20,000 nucleotides of DNA from the sequence record SRR2962707_3387; one strand, 5' to 3'. The position numbers and the translations under genes were made by a program. Shown one piece after another: positions 8,179 through 15,994 of the stretch; position 1 is the stretch's first letter, and the number at the start of each line of letters is the position of its first letter. A model generated the notes under the pieces. It was not told the DNA's origin, did not search any database, and saw nothing but the letters and a program-made list of their open reading frames with translations.

Positions 8179-9923
8179 TACAGATCCAGCGCCACTTTTG
8201 TTGCTACAGCAATCTGATAGAGAATCTGGGTAACCGTAGACGCAATCTGCAGATTCTTGGTCTCTACCTTCGGTAGGACCAGTATCTGATCCCCCGGCAG
8301 GAGCTGCACCTCACCCGCGTCCCTTACCTCACCATTCTGGCGGGCAATCAGAATATGGTCAGGGTTGGCATGCTGGCTGAAGCCGCCGGCTGCATCAATG
8401 TAATCGCGAGCGCTGCGGCCCGGGATATACACCAGGGATTGCGGAATATAGACCTCACCGGACACGAGGATGGCATCCGTGCGCTGTGGTAGCGTAATGG
8501 TGTCGCCATCCTGCAGCCGCACATCTACCAGCTTCCCTTGGTGGGCCACCACCAGGCGTCCATTGGGCTCCACCTTGCGGGCTTCTTCCACGAAGCGAGA
8601 GATCAATTCCGCCTCCTGTACCCGGATGGCAGATTCTTCTGCAGTGGATGATGAGGCACCAAGGTAGGTGGTCTCCAGCCGGCGCAGGCTGTCGTTCAGA
8701 GCTTCCTTCTGGCGTTCAGCCACGGTTTCCCGGCGCAGCGAGATGCTTTCCCAGGCGGTTTCTTCCGGGTTGATGGCAATTTCGTTCAGCAATTCGTGAA
8801 GCGATGTGCCTTTGGGTACCACATAGTAAGATTTGCCCAGGTAGGCGCCCTCTAACTGAACCACAAGATTCTGGGAGCGCTGATCAGCCAGAAACAGGAC
8901 TTCATCGCCGTTGGCGAGTTCAGCAGATTCAAAACGCTCAAGAGGTAAATATTCGGAATAAGGCGCAGTACCGCGCTTTCCACGAATCAGGGCGTGGGAA
9001 ACACCGGGACGCAACGGCGCCAGCTCACTAAGCATGGAGCCTGTAAGAGGGCCTGGGGATAGTTCGAAAAGATAGGGTTTGCTGACATCTCCCAATGCGG
9101 TGATGGCGGGGCCACGCTTTTCAACCAGCAGGGTGTCGCCTTCCTGCAACTGTGGGTGGTTCAGCGTGCCTTGAAGTAGAAAATCGTATAGATCGATCCG
9201 GGCGATAACTTCGCCATTTCTGCTCAGTTTGATGTCCCGATAGCTACCCAGCTCCTCATCTATACCAGAGGCCTGATCCAGCAGGTAAAGGATAGAATCA
9301 CTAGGCACACCCACATACCGGCCCGGTTTGTTGACGTAGCCAGTCACGAATACCGAGACGGGCTGAACGCCCTGCAGGTTGGTGTAAACATTCACATTGT
9401 CCGGATAGACACGGCGCACAGCACTTTTCACAACGGAATCCAGCTGGCTATGGCTGACTCCCTCGACCTGAACGGGGCCGACCGCAGGAATGAATATGTT
9501 GCCTTGTGCGTCTACCGGGAGCACTCGATCCATCTCGACAGCGCCCCAAAGGCGAAGCGTTACCTGGTCGCCCGGCAGAACGCGGTAGTCTGGATTGAGC
9601 CCGTCTGAACGTAAGCCTCGAAAGCCACCGGCGAACAGCTCCGCACCGAAAGGCTGCAGCTCCTCTTGCTGTTGTTCCGTCAGTATCGGGCCGTAAGTAC
9701 CCGTAGACCTCAGGGTTCTAGCCTGGCGTTCCTGGTCTGCGGTATCTGCTTCGGAAGGGCCACTGCCCGCGTTTTCCGTTGCCGCCTGGATTTGAGGCAT
9801 CAGGCGCTCACGCTGGCTTGCGGGTATATCACCGATGCTTTGAGCGCTCACACCCACACTCACTATGGAAGTGACTACAAATAACAACGCCGTCACCACG
9901 GAGGCAAAATGACGAGTGATCAT
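8178..9923 (-). CDS. kpsD: Polysaccharide export protein with Poly_export and SLBB repeats (KpsD-like OPX)
   Basis: Signal peptide, PFGAELF, DYRVLPGDQVTLRLWG, VDAQGNIFIPAVGPV, VFVTGYVNKPG, DYIDAAGG, C-terminal TQILYQIAVA; GGAGG RBS. Confidence 0.88.
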   Translation of the reverse strand: MITRHFASVVTALLFVVTSIVSVGVSAQSIGDIPASQRERLMPQIQAATENAGSGPSEADTADQERQARTLRSTGTYGPILTEQQQEELQPFGAELFAGGFRGLRSDGLNPDYRVLPGDQVTLRLWGAVEMDRVLPVDAQGNIFIPAVGPVQVEGVSHSQLDSVVKSAVRRVYPDNVNVYTNLQGVQPVSVFVTGYVNKPGRYVGVPSDSILYLLDQASGIDEELGSYRDIKLSRNGEVIARIDLYDFLLQGTLNHPQLQEGDTLLVEKRGPAITALGDVSKPYLFELSPGPLTGSMLSELAPLRPGVSHALIRGKRGTAPYSEYLPLERFESAELANGDEVLFLADQRSQNLVVQLEGAYLGKSYYVVPKGTSLHELLNEIAINPEETAWESISLRRETVAERQKEALNDSLRRLETTYLGASSSTAEESAIRVQEAELISRFVEEARKVEPNGRLVVAHQGKLVDVRLQDGDTITLPQRTDAILVSGEVYIPQSLVYIPGRSARDYIDAAGGFSQHANPDHILIARQNGEVRDAGEVQLLPGDQILVLPKVETKNLQIASTVTQILYQIAVATKVALDL

Positions 9924-10351
9924 TGCACACCTCCGATTTCCTGGTCTTGAACCGCCTCTTGTTCTGCAGTGTAAGACCGGGTTACTCCCCAGTTGCCTTC
10001 AGGGTACTCGCATACCGTTGCGGGCAGATTCCCTTCCGAGCCTACGATGCTGGTAATAAAGCAGGATTTACCGGTAGCAGAGAAGTACCGCTCGCCGACC
10101 CGTAGCTGTGCATTCTCGCCCCACGGCGAAGCTCCCAGCTTTACGGTCTCTCCGGTTCTGGCGTTATCGATCTGCTGAGAATGCTGGTCTGAAAGGAAGG
10201 TTACAGTGTTTTTGGTGTTTAACCACTGCGGAACTGGAATCGTTTTAGCCGTGTTGATCTGCCCACTGCTCGCACAACCGGCTAATACAGCAACGAAGGC
10301 CATCAGCGGAGCGGTCTTCACTGCGGCTTTCGCTTGGTGATGTCTATTCAT
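9920..10351 (-). CDS. Small predicted lipoprotein of unknown function
   Basis: Lipobox LAGC (Cys26) after a hydrophobic stretch; YFSATGKSC...VC Cys pair; ATGA overlap with kpsD. Confidence 0.75.
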   Translation of the reverse strand: MNRHHQAKAAVKTAPLMAFVAVLAGCASSGQINTAKTIPVPQWLNTKNTVTFLSDQHSQQIDNARTGETVKLGASPWGENAQLRVGERYFSATGKSCFITSIVGSEGNLPATVCEYPEGNWGVTRSYTAEQEAVQDQEIGGVQ

Positions 10352-10369
10352 TCAATCTTGCCTGAATTA

Positions 10370-11773
10370 TCAGAATCCATAAGACCACCGCGCAGAGAGA
10401 GACCACTGGTCCAACTCTCGCGAGCGTACTGCAATTTTATCTTCCGCGATCTGGCCAGAGAGCCTGACCTTACCGTATTCCGTCCCAAACTCCCAAAAGC
10501 CGCCGAACAACATGACAGCCTGATCTCTTGAGGAATAGAAGTATGTTACGTCCGAATCTGGCACAGTAACTCTGGAAGGGGGATTGCCAGTAAAATCAAC
10601 ATAACTGACAGAAGCGCCGATGGTATTGCCATCCGACAGAAAATCGAAATAGCCCAGAGTGAGAATCTGGCTGTCTGAGTCTATGCTTGCGGCGAGGTTA
10701 CGGCCCTTGTAGCGGTAGCCCGTGCGATAAACCCGGTGTTCGTACGCTATGTCTTCCATCGGCGAACCAAACAGGTTATCAGCTAGCGTGTCTGCTCCCT
10801 CCAGATACCAACGCTGCTCCCTGCCCCACAAGCTGGTGGTTGCATCTGCGCCTAATAGCCAGGATTTCCGGGACGGAAAGCCGCCCGCCTCGTCTTCGCC
10901 CATCATCTGGCCGTAAATCGAGGCGGTTTGCTCGCCTATTTCAAAGCCGTATCTAACGTCCACTGCCCCGAGCTGATTGCTCGGGTCCTCGGCGGCATCC
11001 CTTGGGTTGTCATTACCGGCAAAGGCATCCCAGAACGTAGAGAAAGAGGCAGACCGGCCATCCCCGCCAAAAATAAATGTGCGTGTAAGGCCGATATCCA
11101 GCCCTTCGATCGGTCTGAATGTTCCGCGAAATCCAACCAGGAGTGGATCGGCCACTTCACGCTCACCTTCAAGCTGGCTCACGGTGGCGGTGATTTGCCA
11201 GGGACCGAGCCAAGATAGCCAGGGCGTCTCAAATGGCGTTTCACGATGGCGGCTTAACCAAACGCCAGGTGCAGGCCGAGCATTATTCGAAAGAATCAGA
11301 CTGCTCTGCCAACCTGGTCCCCACCATCTTTCCACGGCGCCTGCCCCCAGGACCCAGTTGCCCGGAAACAGAGCCAGGTAACTACCATCGAGGCGTGCTG
11401 CATCGTCGTCGCTTGGATTGGCAACCAGTTGCGCATTGATTCCTGCAGCCCACCAGTTAGCATCATACTCCGCCCTGGCTGCAAGCATGCCTTCCTGAGA
11501 CTCCGCGCTGGCGTAGTCGGTAATAAACTCGTTCTCTGTGCTGCCCGAGATCGCCAAACCAGCAGACAGGCCGTTATTGCGAGCCATGCCAACAGAGCCT
11601 TTCATAACTGGCCAGGTCGTAACGGTATGGTTCAAAGAACCTGAATCCGCTCGTTTCTGGAGTTGATGGCGCTCATAAGCATCGCCAACGGTTGTCCACG
11701 GTGCAGCATCGACTGTGCTAACGCTAAGGCACGCTACCGCCCCACCGACCAGGGCCCAGTGTTTTGAGGTCAT
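10370..11773 (-). CDS. wzi: Capsule assembly Wzi-family outer-membrane beta-barrel
   Basis: Signal peptide (VDA|A), RWWGPGWQSSLILSNNARP, PFETPWLSWLGPW, FRPIEGLDIG, SNQLG, C-terminal WSYGF (OMP terminal Phe). Confidence 0.88.
   Translation of the reverse strand: MTSKHWALVGGAVACLSVSTVDAAPWTTVGDAYERHQLQKRADSGSLNHTVTTWPVMKGSVGMARNNGLSAGLAISGSTENEFITDYASAESQEGMLAARAEYDANWWAAGINAQLVANPSDDDAARLDGSYLALFPGNWVLGAGAVERWWGPGWQSSLILSNNARPAPGVWLSRHRETPFETPWLSWLGPWQITATVSQLEGEREVADPLLVGFRGTFRPIEGLDIGLTRTFIFGGDGRSASFSTFWDAFAGNDNPRDAAEDPSNQLGAVDVRYGFEIGEQTASIYGQMMGEDEAGGFPSRKSWLLGADATTSLWGREQRWYLEGADTLADNLFGSPMEDIAYEHRVYRTGYRYKGRNLAASIDSDSQILTLGYFDFLSDGNTIGASVSYVDFTGNPPSRVTVPDSDVTYFYSSRDQAVMLFGGFWEFGTEYGKVRLSGQIAEDKIAVRSRELDQWSLSARWSYGF
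11730..11741 (-). promoter_or_regulatory. RfaH ops element GGCGGTAGCGTG, inside wzi codons 11-15
   Basis: Exact match to the ops consensus GGCGGTAGnnTG, preceded by extra GG as in JUMPstart; correct strand, at the operon's 5' end, about 270 bp downstream of rfaH. Confidence 0.8.
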
Positions 11774-11877
11774 AGGATTTGATTTTCTGAGGACAAGGAT
11801 AGAACGGCTACAACGGGAGAGAAGTTCCCAACAGCTTCCTTGTCAGGGAATGAATGAAGTATTTCAAAAGCGTGACG

Positions 11878-11905
11878 ATTCTACGGCATGGGGTATGACA
11901 CGCAA
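11878..11905 (-). promoter_or_regulatory. Putative sigma-70 promoter of the capsule operon
   Basis: Minus strand TTGCGT-N16-TAGAAT, about 105 nt upstream of the wzi ATG. Confidence 0.45.
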
Positions 11906-11949
11906 GTGACAAAAAGTCTGACACTTCAACAATCAGGGCGTTATGGCAG

Positions 11950-11966
11950 TAAACATTTGTTAAACA
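11950..11966 (-). promoter_or_regulatory. PhoP-box-like (OmpR-family) direct repeat TGTTTA-N5-TGTTTA
   Basis: Minus strand TGTTTA ACAAA TGTTTA, identical to the enterobacterial PhoP consensus (T/G)GTTTA-N5-(T/G)GTTTA. Confidence 0.55.
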
Positions 11967-12011
11967 TTAGAAAGTGCAGCTAATCAGGTCACATTTTCGC
12001 CATCAGGCTTT

Positions 12012-12491
12012 TCAGGATCTGATGACGGAAACAGGCACCTTTACTTGCTGCTGCGTCTGCATAAACGAAATCAGCACAATCGCCCGCTCTTCACCATCAT
12101 AGGCCTGGAATATCGCGCTAATGCCTTTAAACGGCCCATCATCCAGCTCTATGGGCTGACCGGGCTTGATGCCGCCCTGCTCTGCCACCTTATCCATACT
12201 ACTTTTAATGTGGGCGATCACTTCATCGTCAATCGGTGCTGGCCGGTTGGCAAAGCTGACAATGCGCAGCACGCCCCGGGTGGACCGGAGCTTTGCCCAC
12301 ATCGGGTCGGTTTGCTCCAGGTTCACAAATACGTACCCCGGAAACAGGGGCTCCAGTTTTCTGGTGCGTTTACCTGCCTTGATCTTCTCCACCTCGATTT
12401 TCGGGTAGAAGCAGGCGATATCCTGATTCTGCAGGTGCTGGACCGCCCGGTCGCCCTGGGCCGGCTTGTGTTGTAGTGCGTACCAGGTCAT
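12012..12491 (-). CDS. rfaH: Transcription antitermination factor RfaH (NusG paralog)
   Basis: WYALQHKP, HLQNQ, EPLFPGYVFV, LRSTRGV NGN motifs; C-terminal KOW GPFKGISAIF...DGEERAIVLI. Confidence 0.95.
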   Translation of the reverse strand: MTWYALQHKPAQGDRAVQHLQNQDIACFYPKIEVEKIKAGKRTRKLEPLFPGYVFVNLEQTDPMWAKLRSTRGVLRIVSFANRPAPIDDEVIAHIKSSMDKVAEQGGIKPGQPIELDDGPFKGISAIFQAYDGEERAIVLISFMQTQQQVKVPVSVIRS

Positions 12492-12494
12492 GGG

Positions 12495-13262
12495 TTAGAA
12501 ATACCAGTTTCCCGCGGCAATGAAATTAGGGTTCAGGATGTTTTCTTTTCCGTAAACCAAGGGCTGGCCCTCCGGCGTTTGCACCTTCCCCCCTGCGGCG
12601 ACTAGCACCGCGTGGGCGGCTGCGGTATCCCACTCGCTGGTCGGGCCCATTCGCGGATAAATATCAGCATGACCCTCGGCAATTCGGCAGAATTTCAGGG
12701 AGCTGCCAGCCTGGACGGTTTCGTGTGCGCCGAGGGTGTCGATAAAGGCGCGGGTTTCTTCATTCAGGTGGTTTTTGCTGGCGACCACCCGCAACGTGTC
12801 TTTGGGTTCTGCCACCCGTATGCGGTGCACCCTGCCAGTGCGGTCCCGCATGTGAGCACCCTCACCCTTGATGCCCCAGAAAGCTTCTTTCAGGGCCGGA
12901 GCGGTGACCACGCCCATTACAGGCTCGCCGTCTTCAATCATGGCGATGTTGACGGTGAATTCGCCCGTGCGCTGGGTAAAATCCTTGGTGCCATCGATGG
13001 GGTCAATCAGCCAGAATCGCCGCCACTTCTTACGCTCTTCCCAGGGAATTTCCGCGCCCTCTTCCGAGAGTATTGGAATGTCCCGGCTGATTTGGCGCAG
13101 CCCCTTAACAATGATGTCGTGGCTGGCAATGTCTGCAGCGGTGATTGGTGAGTGATCTTCCTTATAATTTACTTTGAAATCAGACTGGTAGATATGCAGC
13201 ACTTTTTCGCTGGCTTCATCGGCAATTTTGATCACATCTGGCAGTATGGAACTGTAGTGCAT
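12495..13262 (-). CDS. cysQ: 3'(2'),5'-bisphosphate nucleotidase (PAP phosphatase), 255 aa
   Basis: SPITAAD, ILSEE, FWLIDPIDGTKDF, GEFTVNIA, GSSLKFC, YPRMGPTSEWDTAA. Start moved to ATG 13262, a TGATG overlap with the upstream stop. Confidence 0.95.
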   Translation of the reverse strand: MHYSSILPDVIKIADEASEKVLHIYQSDFKVNYKEDHSPITAADIASHDIIVKGLRQISRDIPILSEEGAEIPWEERKKWRRFWLIDPIDGTKDFTQRTGEFTVNIAMIEDGEPVMGVVTAPALKEAFWGIKGEGAHMRDRTGRVHRIRVAEPKDTLRVVASKNHLNEETRAFIDTLGAHETVQAGSSLKFCRIAEGHADIYPRMGPTSEWDTAAAHAVLVAAGGKVQTPEGQPLVYGKENILNPNFIAAGNWYF

Positions 13263-14623
13263 CAGATCTCTACCTCTTCGAACAAATCCGGTACCTCGGC
13301 ATCCCATCCGAACTTTTCCGAGATGCGCTTGCGCATGGTATCACTGGCTACCGCTTCGCCGTGAGTCACGTACACCTTTTCGGGCTTCAGATTACCTTGT
13401 TCCAGCCAGTGCAGGATTTCCCGATAGTCGCCATGAGCACTCATGGAATCCATGTTATGGATCTCTGCTTTCACCGGCCAGTACTCACCATGAATCTTGA
13501 CCGATTCGGCACCATGCACCAAGACATCGCCGCGTGTGCCAGGTGCCTGGAAGCCGGCAAAGACCACGCTGTTTCTGGGATTTGGCAGCAGGGTTTTAAG
13601 GTGGTGCAACACCCGGCCGCCCGAGGCCATTCCACTGGCTGAGATGATCACGCAGGGATATCTCACGGCATCCAGCTCAATGGATTCCTCGACGGTGCGA
13701 ACGAACTCTGTTTTGTCGTCGATCAGCTCGCACTGGGCGCCGTTAAGCTTGTGTTCTTTGTGATGTTTGCAGAAAATTTCCGTGGCTTTGATGGCCATGG
13801 GGCTGTTGAGATACACCGGCAGTTTGGGAATTCGCCCCTGCCCCATAAGTTTGTGCACAACGTACAACAACATCTGGGCCCGGCCAACGGCGAAAGCGGG
13901 CATCAATACGATCCCGCCGCGGCCCGCAGTTTTGGTGATGATCTCCTCCAGGTCCTTTTCTGGATCGGTTTCACCATGGGTACGGTCGCCGTAAGTGGAT
14001 TCACACACCAAAACATCGGCATGACTGATGGGCTCTGGTGGGCGCATGATGATGTCGTCCTGGCGCCCTACATCGCCACTGAACACCACGGTGCGGGATG
14101 AACTCTTGTGCGTAACGTGCACGCAGGAGGAGCCCAGGATATGCCCGGCCGGGGTGAACTGAACCTCAAAACCCTTCACCGGCTCGAACTTCTCGTGGTA
14201 GTGCAACGATTCAAAGTGTTTCAGAGCTTCCCAGGCGTCTTTCTCGGTAAACAGAGGTTCCGGTTTTTCGTGCTTTGAGAACTTTTTCCGGAAGGCGTAC
14301 TTGGCATCCTCTTCCTGCAGGAACCCGGCATCGGGCAGCAGTACTTTGCAGAGCTCATGAGTGGCTTTGGTGCAGTAGATCTTGCCTTTAAACCCGTTCT
14401 TGACCAATGCAGGAAGGTAACCGGAATGGTCAATGTGCGCGTGGGTAAGCACCACCGCATCGATAGTTGAAGGATCTACCGGAAACTTGGCCCAGTTTCG
14501 GCGGCGCAGGGTTTTCACGCCCTGGTACATGCCACAATCCACCAGCATGCGGTGATTGTCGTCGGAAAGCAGATAACGGGAGCCGGTGACGGTGCCTGTA
14601 CCACCGAGGAAGCGGAGTTTCAT
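13262..14623 (-). CDS. beta-CASP metallo-beta-lactamase-fold ribonuclease (COG1236/TTHA0252-like), 453 aa
   Basis: MKLRFLGGTGTVTGS, VDCG, THAHIDH, AGHILGS, FSGD, CESTYG, PAFAVGRAQ, SASGMASGGR, SAHGD, VTHGE. Start set at ATG 14623 after AAGGA. Confidence 0.92.
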   Translation of the reverse strand: MKLRFLGGTGTVTGSRYLLSDDNHRMLVDCGMYQGVKTLRRRNWAKFPVDPSTIDAVVLTHAHIDHSGYLPALVKNGFKGKIYCTKATHELCKVLLPDAGFLQEEDAKYAFRKKFSKHEKPEPLFTEKDAWEALKHFESLHYHEKFEPVKGFEVQFTPAGHILGSSCVHVTHKSSSRTVVFSGDVGRQDDIIMRPPEPISHADVLVCESTYGDRTHGETDPEKDLEEIITKTAGRGGIVLMPAFAVGRAQMLLYVVHKLMGQGRIPKLPVYLNSPMAIKATEIFCKHHKEHKLNGAQCELIDDKTEFVRTVEESIELDAVRYPCVIISASGMASGGRVLHHLKTLLPNPRNSVVFAGFQAPGTRGDVLVHGAESVKIHGEYWPVKAEIHNMDSMSAHGDYREILHWLEQGNLKPEKVYVTHGEAVASDTMRKRISEKFGWDAEVPDLFEEVEI

Positions 14624-14818
14624 AGGCGCGTAAGTCCTTGTCTGGTTGGCGATAGACAAAGCTTAACGCAAAAACCGTGGGTGAGTGAGGGGCTATGGAC
14701 CGGAATTTACACACCCTCAAGACGGAACACCGCCCGATTCGCGTTTTTTTGATCTTTGGCAAGATCAGTTGCTGGCCCCCCGATTATTCTCTGGCCTTTC
14801 CGAAGAAGTAGGTGGCTT

Positions 14819-15460
14819 ATGCTGGGTAGTTCGCACTTGAGGAAACTGATGATCGTCGTAGGCCTGGCGGCCGGTTCAGTGGTTTCAGCCAGCCCTGCCG
14901 ACGATGCGATGTCACAACTGAACGCCATCGTGGCCGACGACGCCAAGCGCCAGGCCAGCTACGAGGCCGGTCACGAGCGCATCCGCTTTTGCGGCTATTG
15001 TCACGGCGAGGACGGCAACAGCAAGCGCGAGTACATACCCAACCTGGCCGCCCAACATCCGCTCTACCTGTTCAACCAGTTCGAGAAATTCCGCGACGGT
15101 ACCCGTGAGGACTACGTGATGTCCAAACTGGCGAAAACACTGTCATTGGAGGAGCGAATCAATATTGCGGTTTATTACAGCCAGCAAACGGCAAAGCCCC
15201 GCACTGGCGGCGACCCCACCAAGGCTGACGCTGGCGAGAAGCTGTTTGCTGTGCGCTGTGCCGGTTGCCACGGTGACAAGGCACAAGGTTTCAGGGATAT
15301 GCCCCGCCTGGCCGGGCAACCGGCTGAATATCTTGGGATTGCCCTGAGACGGTTCAAGGAGATGGACCCGACTAAACACAGTACGCCGATGATTGGGGTG
15401 GCTGGAGTTTTGTCGGAGGGCCAGATTGAGGCATTAACCTCTTACCTGACCCACCAATAG
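14819..15460 (+). CDS. Di-heme c-type cytochrome (c4/c553 family), 213 aa
   Basis: Signal peptide, two CxxCH motifs (CGYCH, CAGCH), PNLAAQ and PRLAGQ motifs, distal Met candidates. Start set at ATG 14819 after AGGTGG. Confidence 0.9.
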   Translation: MLGSSHLRKLMIVVGLAAGSVVSASPADDAMSQLNAIVADDAKRQASYEAGHERIRFCGYCHGEDGNSKREYIPNLAAQHPLYLFNQFEKFRDGTREDYVMSKLAKTLSLEERINIAVYYSQQTAKPRTGGDPTKADAGEKLFAVRCAGCHGDKAQGFRDMPRLAGQPAEYLGIALRRFKEMDPTKHSTPMIGVAGVLSEGQIEALTSYLTHQ

Positions 15461-15469
15461 GCCCTTCTA

Positions 15470-15919
15470 TCAGATCTCAGTGCAACCGGGCGGCAGCAGG
15501 CGAGACTGCCAGTTTGGCGCAGCGGTTCTGTCTATAACGCAAGCCCAGGCACCACCAATGCTCCGCTCGTATCGAATCACGATGCCCGCCAAATTTGGGT
15601 GAGCATTGCCGCCCATGGTCACCTCGATATGCCCAGAACCGTCAGGGTTAACCGTTGCAATTTCAATTGCGGAGCTTCCAACCGTCATTGCGGATGGAGA
15701 GTAACCCAAGGTTTCATTGTTGACCGGCGTGGAAGCAGAGAGGTTCGCCTCAAACGCCGATCGGTACGACGCAAGCTCCGCCGCAGCACGATTGATTTGG
15801 GATTTCATGGTGTTAGCCTGAAGAAAAGGCAGCGACACAGCCGCAAGAATGCCAATAACGGCAACAACAATCATCAATTCTATCAGGGTAAAACCGTCGC
15901 TATTACGAACCATGGCCAT
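15470..15919 (-). CDS. Second type IVa pilin (PilA paralog)
   Basis: Prepilin [24 protein letters not shown]-terminal disulfide loop C-VIDRTAAPNWQSRLLPPG-C; GAGG RBS. Confidence 0.9.
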   Translation of the reverse strand: MAMVRNSDGFTLIELMIVVAVIGILAAVSLPFLQANTMKSQINRAAAELASYRSAFEANLSASTPVNNETLGYSPSAMTVGSSAIEIATVNPDGSGHIEVTMGGNAHPNLAGIVIRYERSIGGAWACVIDRTAAPNWQSRLLPPGCTEI

Positions 15920-15950
15920 GCCTCACTCAATACATCTTGGCATTTAGTAA

Positions 15951-15966
15951 GGCAAAAAACAGGCCA
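15951..15966 (-). promoter_or_regulatory. Putative sigma-54 (-24/-12) promoter of the second pilin
   Basis: Minus strand TGGCCTGTTTTTTGCC = TGGC-N7-TTGC with exact GG-N10-GC spacing, about 30 nt before the ATG. Confidence 0.65.
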
Positions 15967-15994
15967 TCAGCGTCAACTTAACAAGGCGATCACT

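Noticed and set aside
14819-15470. Cytochrome next to pilins as a nanowire or electron-transfer system
   Set aside because: The genes are convergent, the cytochrome is an ordinary periplasmic di-heme c4 type, and the pilins are full-length rather than truncated e-pilins.
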